Origin: Lenisia limosa
Lineage: Eukaryota; Protista; Breviatea
NCBI GenBank assembly: GCA_001655205.1
Contig: LPNZ01009407.1
Location: 2,135-66,134, forward strand
Reading direction: 5' to 3'
DNA length: 64,000 nt
Positions 54,201 to 64,000 of the stretch are shown here, one piece after another; positions within the stretch are counted from its first letter, which is position 1; each line of letters starts with the position of its first letter. The notes under the pieces were generated by a model. That model was not told the origin of the DNA. It saw only the letters and a list, made by a program, of their open reading frames with translations, and did not search any database. A program made the translations under genes and the position numbers.

Positions 54201-56138
54201 CTGTTAGTCTCAATATCCAGTGTGTTGTGATATTTACCAGGGAGGGATGTCATTAATATAGTATCATGCTATCACGTTCTTTATTTATGCACAATTTCAT
54301 ACTATTGTTATTTAATCAGATGATATTTAAGCTTTGGTCTGATTATTGTATTCGTGGTCCACACCTTAACCCATCAGATACACAGTTAGTTGAAGTACTG
54401 GAGGCAATTGCAGTTTCTTGCATGAGTCCTTTATCCGTTCTGGCGCTTCTTTATGAGGTAAGAGTGTCATTATTTAGCTGAGTATTGCATTGATTTGTTT
54501 CTTCATGCACACTTAATGGAGTTTTTTTGTCTTTTTTCACCCCCCCCCCCNNNNNNNNNNNNNNNNNNNNNNNNNNNNNNNNNNNNNNNNNNNNNNNNNN
54601 NNNNNNNNNNNNNNNNNNNNNNNNNNNNNNNNNNNNNNNNNNNNNNNNNNNNNCCTGCAGACTCTATCGGATCGGTTGGTTATTAATGAGAGATTCATTG
54701 ATATTATTTTGAGCAAGATAGGAGTCGGCTAATTTTGAACCGCAAGAAAAAACCTGAAATATTAAAAGTCTAAGGAGATTAAATAAGACATAGGGGTACT
54801 ATAAAGCAGAATGTACGATACTCCTACCCCACTCCTACCTCCCCCTGAAAGTAATCGTTGTAGACTTTCAGCCCCTGGTCTGTCACCACCCCTCAAGAGC
54901 TGCCTACCAAAACTCCTACCCTGTGTTCTTCAACATTGCGTATGGATGGGGTCTGCATTTCTTTGGGACTGGATTTTGATCTTACTGTTTGCGTATGTTA
55001 TAAAACTATTCCCTGTTGTTTTCGTGGAGCGTGATAAAGACTGGAGGGAATTTTACCGTACTCTGAAACTTCAACCAGCCCAATCAAAACGCCTGATGTT
55101 TCAGCCCGATGCCTCTGGAGTTTCCTCCCTGATGGACCAAATTTCAACACTGATCCTGAGATGCGTTTTGGACGACAGCTGCGTGCTCTGGATTCGTATG
55201 ATTTGGGCTTCTCTATTGGTCATAGTCTCCTGTTTTGATAAACGTGTGGTCTTCGTGTAACTGTTCTAGACGATGTGGACGAGGATCACCCCACTTCACA
55301 GGCTCTCAAGACGGGATTGACAGCATTGAGCTCCCCTCTTGTCTGCCAGAGCTTTTTGGACACGTATCATAATGATTGGTATGGGTGTGTTGTACTACAA
55401 AAGTGCATCTTATTACTGAACTGATTTCCGAGGCAGTTTAGAGTTATGAAGATCTGTGACAACTATTGTATTTTGACACCTTTTGGAATGATTTTGCATT
55501 TTTTCCTTTTCCGGAATGGGCATTTTGACCCTTTTAGGAAAGTGTCGACTACTCTTCGTTCTTTGATAGGCAAATTCCTTGGTGAACCTTCAGTAGGGTT
55601 AAAGCAGAGCATGACTTGACGATAACTTCCTTTTTAGGAAGGTGAAATTGTGACAAACTCTGGACTATTACCAACTGAAGATAATGTTCTGGTAAGCTGA
55701 ATCGGCACGGCATTGTATCTTCCAACCACTTGGGTAATAACTTGTTGACTTTTTTTGGAAAGATGAATCACCAAATCGCAAAAATCAAACAGAGTCGTAT
55801 TTTACTTTGAGTCCTTTGATATTCATTCACGGTCACAGGCGGCTTGCTACGTATTACGCCATTTGTCGCGCGAGGAAGCATTTGGCGTTGCCCAGTACCT
55901 CCTAAAATACCGGCAGTGGTCAAGCATCAGGCCGTTATGGGACGGGGGTGATGATTTAGGTGTGTGGTGTAATGTGTCCCATTGATTTTGATATAAGAAC
56001 ATTGGCTTTCAAATCAGTCAAAAATGATGTGAGCTTTTGTGGGATAGGATTTCTGCTGTGTTCTTTTCACTGTCTTCAGAGTACCCAGCAACGGCCGTGG
56101 AATCTGGTTTGGCGTCTGTGTTTCAATTTTGTATGTAA
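48297..56138 (+). CDS. Large uncharacterised, mostly alpha-helical (ARM/HEAT-like) protein, about 25 exons; could be two genes
   Basis: A series of AG/GT-bounded open exons on +, e.g. LEAVLKWSQGSSPQEIENVLES, EFPFAYSINNYATVDEGF, PWDADLDDDEDNFDVEGLSLEQLIK, the ~145-aa exon at ~51720-52160, DLSVWLALNDGILTAGLLSLLKLAVAT and AACYVLRHLSREEAFGVAQYLL. No family recognised. Confidence 0.55.
54033..54165. repeat. Purine-rich compound intronic tandem repeat (GGCTGAAAGAAGGGTGAAGAAGG units with nested GGTGAAGAAG 10-mers)
   Basis: Directly visible. It starts just after the donor site of the exon ending ..LKLAVAT. Confidence 0.9.
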
Positions 56139-56358
56139 AGTAGGTATTATTTTGTTGGTTTCTTTGGTTTTGAAAAGCTGTTTCTTATTATGGTGTATGT
56201 TTCGTGTTATTTATTGAGCCAATGGCAAACTTCCCAATTGAATCAGATATCTTAAATAGTAGAGAAAAATATCCAATACAATCATTCATAGCGTGCTCCA
56301 CATCTGACCACACCATATGTGGAAGATACTATGACAAAATGAATCCAAAGAAAAGGCC

Positions 56359-58184
56359 TCAGGGTCTTCGCCAAACCAGCAGTTCTTGATTAGACTGCAA
56401 GGACCCAACAACAACCGAGCTGATAAGTGGGCACTCCTGCATGATCAGACACGCCAGTTCATCGCCAAGATCCTCATTGACATCGGCTTGGTTAATGACA
56501 ACTATCCGACGGTTGGGGCCAGCGTTTTGGAAAGCTCCGTTTTTATGATTGATTAGACTCGGGATGAGGTTAGTGCTGACGTTATCATCCAGTTCCGCTC
56601 CGGTAATACTACAGAACTGCTCCGGTCTAAAAACAGTGTCTTTGATGGGCTTGCCAAAAGCGGAAATGCCAATGACGGAAATAACTGTTGTCGTTGCGGA
56701 GGGGATAACGGGCTCGGAGGCACCTGGGGCTTTCAGGGGAAGGCACCTTGCACCATCAGCCTCAACGATAACGGACATCTTCGTCGCTTCATACCTACCT
56801 TGTTAGATGACCATTATGAGAAGAACTGCAGCTTAAAGGGGGGGAGGGAGCACGTTACCATACCATACATAATACATTCAAAGAATGGCACCCACAAACA
56901 CAGAGTTCAGCCACGTCGGGTTGATTCCCTTGACTTTTGCGTCTTGCACGCTGCCGCCAAGAACAACCAAGTGCCTGGTATTGGGAAGGTATTTGGCCAC
57001 CGAAGGAACTGATGGATTAGGCGGTAACTAGAAAGAGGCATTAAGCACCGATTAGGATTCACTACGGTCTCAACAAGATTGGTTTTCTTGAAAAATCTGA
57101 TAATTATCTTGCCATATTGCTTTTTGCGACCAGACTGAAGACCAGAGTGTTAAGACATTTTTTTCTTTGAAACTGGTTCTCAATAAACACTGATAGTAAG
57201 AAGTTTCTGTCTCCAAACTAAGTACCCAGCAACATCTTGAATAATATCATGTTACCGAAATGTTTGAAATTTGATAGATGAATAATACTGGAGCATCCTA
57301 CCAACTTTGACATGGTTTCGCTGGAGCAGGGTACACATCCAAGTCCTCCTCTGCTACTGGTTTGTCACTTTCAATCTGTGTTTGTCAGTTAGCAAGTCCA
57401 ATACAGCAAAGGTCCAAATATTAAAGCTGAATTATCAACGGTAACCAAAATACTCCCATTTTACCTATTCCAACGGGGGGGGGGGTCAACACAAGCAACA
57501 GAACCAACCTACCGATTTCACCGTTTCAATTGCCACATGTTCAGTTTTGGGAATCAGAGTCTCAGCAGGAGGGAAAACAGGGTCCTCTTGAGAGTTATAT
57601 TAACAGTCAACCCTTGGCCAAATACATAGTATATATGCATATATATTATATCTATATAGTATATGATACAGTTTCTAGCTAGTATATATAATATTGAACC
57701 CTTGTTCTATGATATCACATTTTACCAGGGAATAAATATTGATTGATATTGGTCGAGTGGCAAAAGGGGAAGGGCTACGGCAAAATAGAAAATGTACACT
57801 ATTAGATAGTATATTATATACTATAGTCCTTTGAATATTTTCAAAAAAAATCAAATCAAATTTCTACAACAGTATGCCACATTCCTCCTTACCAGAAGGC
57901 AGCCTGATTTTGCATGTTGACGCTGCGACTGCACCCGGGGTTTCCTCTTCATTCTATTTCGTAAATGCCACTATGTGCGCCATGATTATTTGACATCTGT
58001 CGCAACGTATCAATTTATATTGATAAATGTTATTTGGGTATCATACTCCAAATTACTATACAAGAAGGTGCTCTAGCATCTCTATTATACCCACCACCGA
58101 CAAACGTATTTCCCCACTCACCAGTTCCATAAGGAGTCTGAACATAGCGGTTGTCTTCCCTCCGCCTCCAACGATACTCACCAT
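56359..58184 (-). CDS. yqeC: YqeC-like protein (family of the bacterial selenium-dependent molybdenum hydroxylase accessory protein), intron-containing; start may lie upstream (~58349)
   Basis: N-terminal VSIVGGGGKTTAMFRL, then AVAASTCKIRLP, AKVKGINPTWL, and the family signature VIVEADGARCLPLKAPGASEPVIP..TTVISVIGISAFGKP..VFRPE..RIVVINQAD. Several GT-AG introns keep the frame. Confidence 0.8.
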
Positions 58185-58736
58185 TTCATGGCGATTCAAA
58201 TCGAGTGCTTTGCCTTCGGGTGAGAATCGTGATATCGTGTTGAATGGAAGGGTGGTTTGTGTTGGGATTTCAAGAAAAAAATGCTTCAGAAGAAATTGAA
58301 AATCGCTTCACGAGGCTTACATAAATGATGCTCGCAGCTGACTGCCCATGAAGACATGATCAGATGAACAGAACCTCGAAGTTACCCAAAGAAACAACAG
58401 AGCAGCAACAGTTAAAATACTATCAATGTATTTATAAATGTGTAAGAGAGGGCGAGCAGCGAGCAAGCAGCGAGATTGGGAGAGCCAAGAGGCAAGCGAG
58501 TAAAATTGTACCAGTGTGCATAAAACTTAGCAAAAAAATAATAGCCAAAAACATAATTTGAAGCCAGTTTTAAGCGTTTATTTACCGTGTTCATAGTGAT
58601 AGCACAAGGGTATCTCAGAAAAGACCTTTTGTTCAAGTTTTAGTGTAAATCTAGATGCCTTCAGAGGCATAGAAGTGGTTTCTTAAATTGTTTTAGGGTT
58701 ATCTGTGGATAATCAAGCCGGGAAATCGGCTCCACG

Positions 58737-61700
58737 ATGAACTCCGAAGAATTCGACATTCGCAGGGCGGTTTCTGACGATGCCCAGAATCTCCGCTCCC
58801 TCATCTACGCTGAGGCTTCTTTGTTGAAGTCCAGATTTGGTGAATTTGATATCTCGAAGCTTATGTAGGTTTCTTCCCCCAATTTATTGTGTAGTGAGGT
58901 GAGTTCTCTGTCGATCGTTGCTACAAAGCCGGAAGGCGAAGCTTCTGTTATCCTCTGCCTTGATAATGGTAGGATTTTTCAAATAGTGTGTATTGAAGAG
59001 TTTTTGGCACAAATGTAGCAAAGATGGCTCCATTCGTCACTGTGAAACAACAGGATATTTTTTGACTGTTTTCCAAATTATTTTCTTAGAGCCTCCTACC
59101 TTCAGTGGATCCGAGACTCCTCTCAATGCTGTTGTGAGCTGGGGGTTTGCCTTCTTGTCTAAATATTTTGTCTGTTTGCCTTTATCACCTTGTTCAACTG
59201 TACATTATCATCACTGTTCTGCTTCATTGTTGGAGAGTAGGGATTGTATGCCTTGCAGTTCTTAACTTGGAGTGTAATTAATTTGATGGACGTTGTATAA
59301 CTTCCATTTTGATTGATTAAGATAAACTGCTATTATTTCACATTTCTTAGTTCCTCACAATTTATTCGTCCATTTCCATTTTGCTTTATCAGATCACCCC
59401 CCTTACACCACTAATTCCTCAGAACTGGCCGAAGTGGATGGCGGAAAACTGCCCCAATCTTGATGCAGACGTAAGAAGGGGTGAAGGCTCTCCTAATTCA
59501 CATTGTCACATTGTCCCTTAAACCTGCCCTAGGCCAAAAATCATGATTGGATTTCGCTCCGTCTCACCCACTAACTCCTTTTTTTTTACTAAGAGTTAAG
59601 GATCGCCAGGGATCCCACTTATATAAGCATAGTCCGCTCGCAACCCCTAAACCCTTTGACCAATAGTGTTACCACTTTGCTTCTCAGTAGTATTTCACTC
59701 CGCACCCCCAGGAAATCAATACCCTCTTTGTGACATTCTTCGGGGGTGACCATGTTGTTGCTCATGACGCCACATTTGAAATGCTTGCGTCCGCGTTCCA
59801 CACGTCAGAGCTGACCGACACTGTGTTGCTGCTGCTTCCCGAGGTCGGATCTTTGGTTTTGATCCGTTACCTTGGTTATGGTGAAATCTCATTCCTCTAT
59901 AGCGTATATATATATATATATATATATTGAACAAGGTTCTCTGAATCACCACGAAAAATAACACAAAATTAAGTTCACCTCTTTAGGATGTTCTATCATT
60001 TTCGCCCTTCAGGGAGATCTTAGATCTGGTAGCAGAGTTCGATGGATTCAGTATTATGGCCGCCCATCGCGCCAAGTTTGCGCCACCCCTTGTCATCCGA
60101 CGCGCAATGGTGGAGGTATGGGGGGGGGGTATTGTTTTTACCTTATTTATTATGTATTTTTCATTGTTATAATATGTCATAATAATAAGTCATTATCTTC
60201 CAGGATCACGACGATCTGACGCCGGTGTTCGACAAGTCATCAGAGGTCATGAGCAGCCGCTACGGCTCCTATTTCCTTGCCGACCTTATTGCTGCCCAGT
60301 CCCCTGAAACGCCGGCTCTTGTCGCTGAGGTTGGTAGTGGTGATAGATAGTATACAAGGTCAATTTCGGGAAATACATGAAGCTTGGTTGAAAATTGGGT
60401 ACAGTTTGTGGTTCCCTAAGGAGGTAGTACAACAGTGCGGAAAAGAGGAAGAAGGCAAGATTGCCGAAGTTGTCCGTGTATCAGGGGTATCAAGGACATG
60501 TCAAGGATATATCAGTTTATCAAGGATATCTCATCAATGATTACGCTATTTTCACCCACTATTTTACTTCAAACTGCCTATTTTTACACACTAAACCACC
60601 ACCCTGTATTTTCACACAAATTGCCCTTATTTCACGTACACAGAACAATAATGGCCGAAGCCTCGTATGATACGAGTATTCCCAAAATTTGCCTTCTTTG
60701 ACACCTTTCAGAAAGACGGACGCGCGGCTGGCTTGATGGTTTTGAGCAGCGAGGTGGAAGTTGACCATCTGTTTGAAAGCTTCGAGTTTGATTCCTTTGA
60801 AGACCTCCAATTCTGTGAGGGGGGTTTTAGCTGAGTCGAAACTGGTGCTCTTGTTCTCAGTGTAAGTCTTGTTTTTTTTTTTATCTATCTTGGATCATCA
60901 TAAACATCTTTGTTGCCTTCCCTAAACTAATTGACATTACATCTTCAAAATCGAAATACTTCTGTTCTTTTGTTGGCAACCGTAACGCCGTAGCCAAGGA
61001 AAAGGCCTTCTGTATCAGTCTACACTGCATGGACGAGGAGGTGGAGGCGAGCCTCAGATCGTCAGATCTCCTCACGGCGGCGTTTGACCTTTATCCGACC
61101 AAGCAATACTGCCTCTGCACCATTCCCAATTCCGCACCTGTGGGGTGTATAAATGAATAAATCTGCATTTCCCCACTCTTCTTCAGAAGCGTAAATGCAA
61201 TCGTCTAACCACCCCAGGTCTTCTCTCTCCTCGACCAATTCACCCCGATTTCGCCGAAACACCCCTCCTCCGCCACCGCAGCCCTCTACATTCTTGATAG
61301 GGCCTCTCTCAACCCAAAGGGTGTACAAGGTCGGGTCGGGCTCCGAGTTTTCCGTTTGGAACTGTTTTCTTGGGTGCATATCATATTAATAGTGTATCCC
61401 CCCATCCTCTCACCCCTCTCCTTCCAGTTATCCCCATCCTCTCACCCCTCTCCCTCCAGTTATCCCGCTGACACGAGAGGACCTTGCNNNNNNNNNNNNN
61501 NNNNNNNNNNNNNNNNNNNNNNNNNNNNNNNNNNNNNNNNNNTTCCCGCCGACGAGGAAGGCCAGATCCTAACAGCACTCAAGACCACACTCGATATTCG
61601 TGCTGGTGTGCGGGGTGGGCATCTTTGTTGTAGTAAAGGCTCTATTGAAACAAGGACCACTGGATCCGGTAGTTGAAATGTACACAAAGAGTTGTAGGGC

Positions 61701-64000
61701 TACTAATTTGCTCACAGCCTCGGAGTTAAAATCTCCTAGGAAACATAACAAACAGCCGTCAAAAATTATCCAATTTTACTCCCCCCCCCCCCCCCNNNNN
61801 NNNNNNNNNNNNNNNNNNNNNNNNNNNNNNNNNNNNNNNNNNNNNNNNNNNNNNNNNNNNNNNNNNNNNNNNNNNNNNNNNNNNNNNNNNNNNNNNNNNN
61901 NNNNNNNNNNNNNNNNNNNNNNNNNNNNNNNNNNNNNNNNNNNNNNNNNNNNNNNNNNNNNNNNNNNNNNNNNNNNNNNNNNNNNNNNNNNNNNNNNGTG
62001 GCGGGTGTGCAAAGGGGATGAGGGTTGGTAATCGGTATGACCCAATCGTAATACCCTTAATTGCCCTAGGAGTTGCGGATGCGGCTGCATTGGACCACGG
62101 TTTTGAGGTGTCTCAGCTGGTCAACTTCGACCATCACGAGGAGGTGCGATGGCTTGTCTCTTCAAAAAACTGAAACTATCGGTTTTCATGAGAAATTTTT
62201 GACCCTGTGAACGAACCCCTTTCGCCACACCCAGCCCACTATTTGGGATGGGGTTCTAGGGGCGATATTAGGACCGGGTTTAGTCTTGACTTGGGAAATC
62301 ACATAGCAAATCGGTCAAGACTTATCCCGGTCACTGTATTTCTTTAAGTTCAGAAGTGAACTGAAGCCGACAAGCTCTTTCTGTATCCTACAGCTAAAGT
62401 GCAAAACAAAGAATGAAACCTTATTTAGTAGAAGGCGCATAAAATACTCTCGAGACGGGGAGGCGGATAATTATCAAAGCAAATCATATATATCATATCA
62501 TATGTTATATTAACACGAATTCACAATAGTTGGTCACCCCCCCCCCCCCNNNNNNNNNNNNNNNNNNNNNNNNNNNNNNNNNNNNNNNNNNNNNNNNNNN
62601 NNNNNNNNNNNNNNNNNNNNNNNNNNNNNNNNNNNNNNNNNNCCTGACGCCCTCCTACTGCGCTTGGACACGCCACATTGTACGCGAAGTTTTGCGCCAG
62701 TTCTCCGCAAGTGTCGTATATCTGCAGTACTACCCTGGACTGGTGGGGGGTCTATGAGTAGTTTTGCAGTACATCACATTTTCAAAACGCTTAGTTTTTA
62801 ATGCAATGGACTAAGCACGCCTGAATACAATATATATATACCTACATATCTAGTGATGTAAACCAGTATAAACTTATGTATATACGTTTTTAGTATTTGA
62901 GAGCCCTTATTTATCTATCATATGCATTCCACCTTGTTTCACTTCGGTTTATTGATGGTTTTCGAGGATTCATCGAGAAATTCCGTCTTTACCCTTATAG
63001 CCCTCGTTGCCTCTCGCTGATCAAATGCTCCCGATTCTGCCAAGAAGATCTGTGGAATTTCCTCACAACTACTGTGAAAAGTTTGAGAGGAACGGGGTAG
63101 TCTATCTATTTCTAAGTTTCTGTCAAGATTTTGGATGGGTTCTGTCAGAAGGAAACTGGTTTAAAGCATATATTTCAATGTTGCTCCTTTTACTCTCCTG
63201 TATTCAGTTCTATCCGGAGATTTGCATGCATGAATCCTCCTGTTCTAAACGAGTAACTCTTCAGATTCAACGACAACAACCCAGCGTTTGTTGAGCCCTT
63301 GGAGGCCATAGACAACAGTGACGCCTTTGCCCTCTTCGCTCTCTCCAAACGACACATTCTTGAGCCGAAGGTTGGTCAACATATCATTTATGATGTTGCC
63401 CACAGAGTTGATTTTGGGCTTTTTTGTTTTGTTTCCAAAATTTTCCAATTCCCCCCCCCCCCCCNNNNNNNNNNNNNNNNNNNNNNNNNNNNNNNNNNNN
63501 NNNNNNNNNNNNNNNNNNNNNNNNNNNNNNNNNNNNNNNNTGTCGGAATGTCCCTTCTCGAGAACCTGTCATTTGTCCCATATCTGCAGTTCGCCAACTT
63601 GGTCTGTATTTCGCCCGGTGGTCTGCCTTCAGGTTGGGACAGGGGGCGGGTCAAAATCAAATGCGGGGAGTATTGATACCGTGAGCTATAAATACATTAA
63701 GGCAATGGTTTAAAATTAAAGGATCTACAGATTGAATCTGTGCAGTATACATTCATTGTTGGTGAAATCATTTCATCAATGTTGTGTTTAGTATCAACTG
63801 TTTCCTACTCATATTTACTTCAAGTGCAATGGCTTTCTAATGTGGTAGCATCTCTAGCCTTCATAACTCTATAACAATAACCTCAGGACCCGAACCTGGG
63901 GAGGTCACCTATCTGCCGCAAAGCTGCATCAACACAACGCCGCGTCTTCGGAGATTGGCGCTCGCGTCGAAGGTTTGAGATTCGGGGGGAGGGGTATCTA
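58737..64000 (+). CDS. CFAP61: Cilia- and flagella-associated protein 61 (5' part; continues beyond the window)
   Basis: IRRAVSDDAQNLRSLI, LVIRRAMVEDHDDLTPVF..YGSYFLADLIAAQ, KAFCISLHCMDEEVEARSSDLL..CTIPNSAP, FALFALSKRHILEPK and VGMSLLENLSFVPYLQFANLVCISPGGLP match CFAP61 blocks in order. Confidence 0.9.
61395..61466. repeat. Short intronic tandem duplication (2 copies of ~33 bp plus a partial third)
   Basis: TATCCCC(CC)ATCCTCTCACCCCTCTCC(T/C)TCCAGT occurs twice, followed by TATCCC. Confidence 0.85.

Noticed and set aside
56359-58184. Bacterial contamination or a chimeric scaffold as the source of yqeC
   Set aside because: The coding sequence is split by in-phase GT-AG introns with the same composition as neighbouring genes, and no bacterial operon neighbours are present.
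58305-58319. A 15-nt intron (GTAAGCCTCGTGAAG) that would join an upstream ATG at 58349 to the yqeC frame
   Set aside because: It is much shorter than any other intron supported here and rests only on frame fitting. The start is left unresolved.

Overview
This is eukaryotic nuclear DNA: gene-dense, AT-rich and packed with GT-AG spliceosomal introns (about 28 nt to a few hundred nt), which is why the ORF track is fragmentary. By splicing exons by hand I recover about 18 protein-coding genes, and all three standard stop codons are used. In order: a partial membrane-protein gene, a RAD1-like 9-1-1 clamp subunit, a Dispatched/Patched-family SSD transporter, 6-phosphogluconolactonase, proteasome alpha-2, a RasGEF, a Trf4/PAPD5-like poly(A) polymerase, calponin/transgelin, CHMP6/Vps20, a SHAQKYF-class Myb, a GRIPAP1-like coiled-coil protein, UMP-CMP kinase, an unassigned beta-propeller-like gene, RPL35, type II NADH dehydrogenase, Mago nashi, a large unassigned helical protein, a YqeC-like gene and CFAP61 (runs off the window). 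CFAP61 with calponin and RasGEF suggests a flagellated protist, probably Amorphea (inference). The most striking item is an intron-containing homologue of bacterial YqeC, a marker of the labile-selenium molybdenum-hydroxylase trait. There is also a small dispersed intronic repeat family with at least 4 copies, one of which has 28-29 bp inverted arms like a MITE. All family assignments come from motifs I recognised by eye, with no database searches. Exon boundaries are approximate and N gaps hide parts of several genes.
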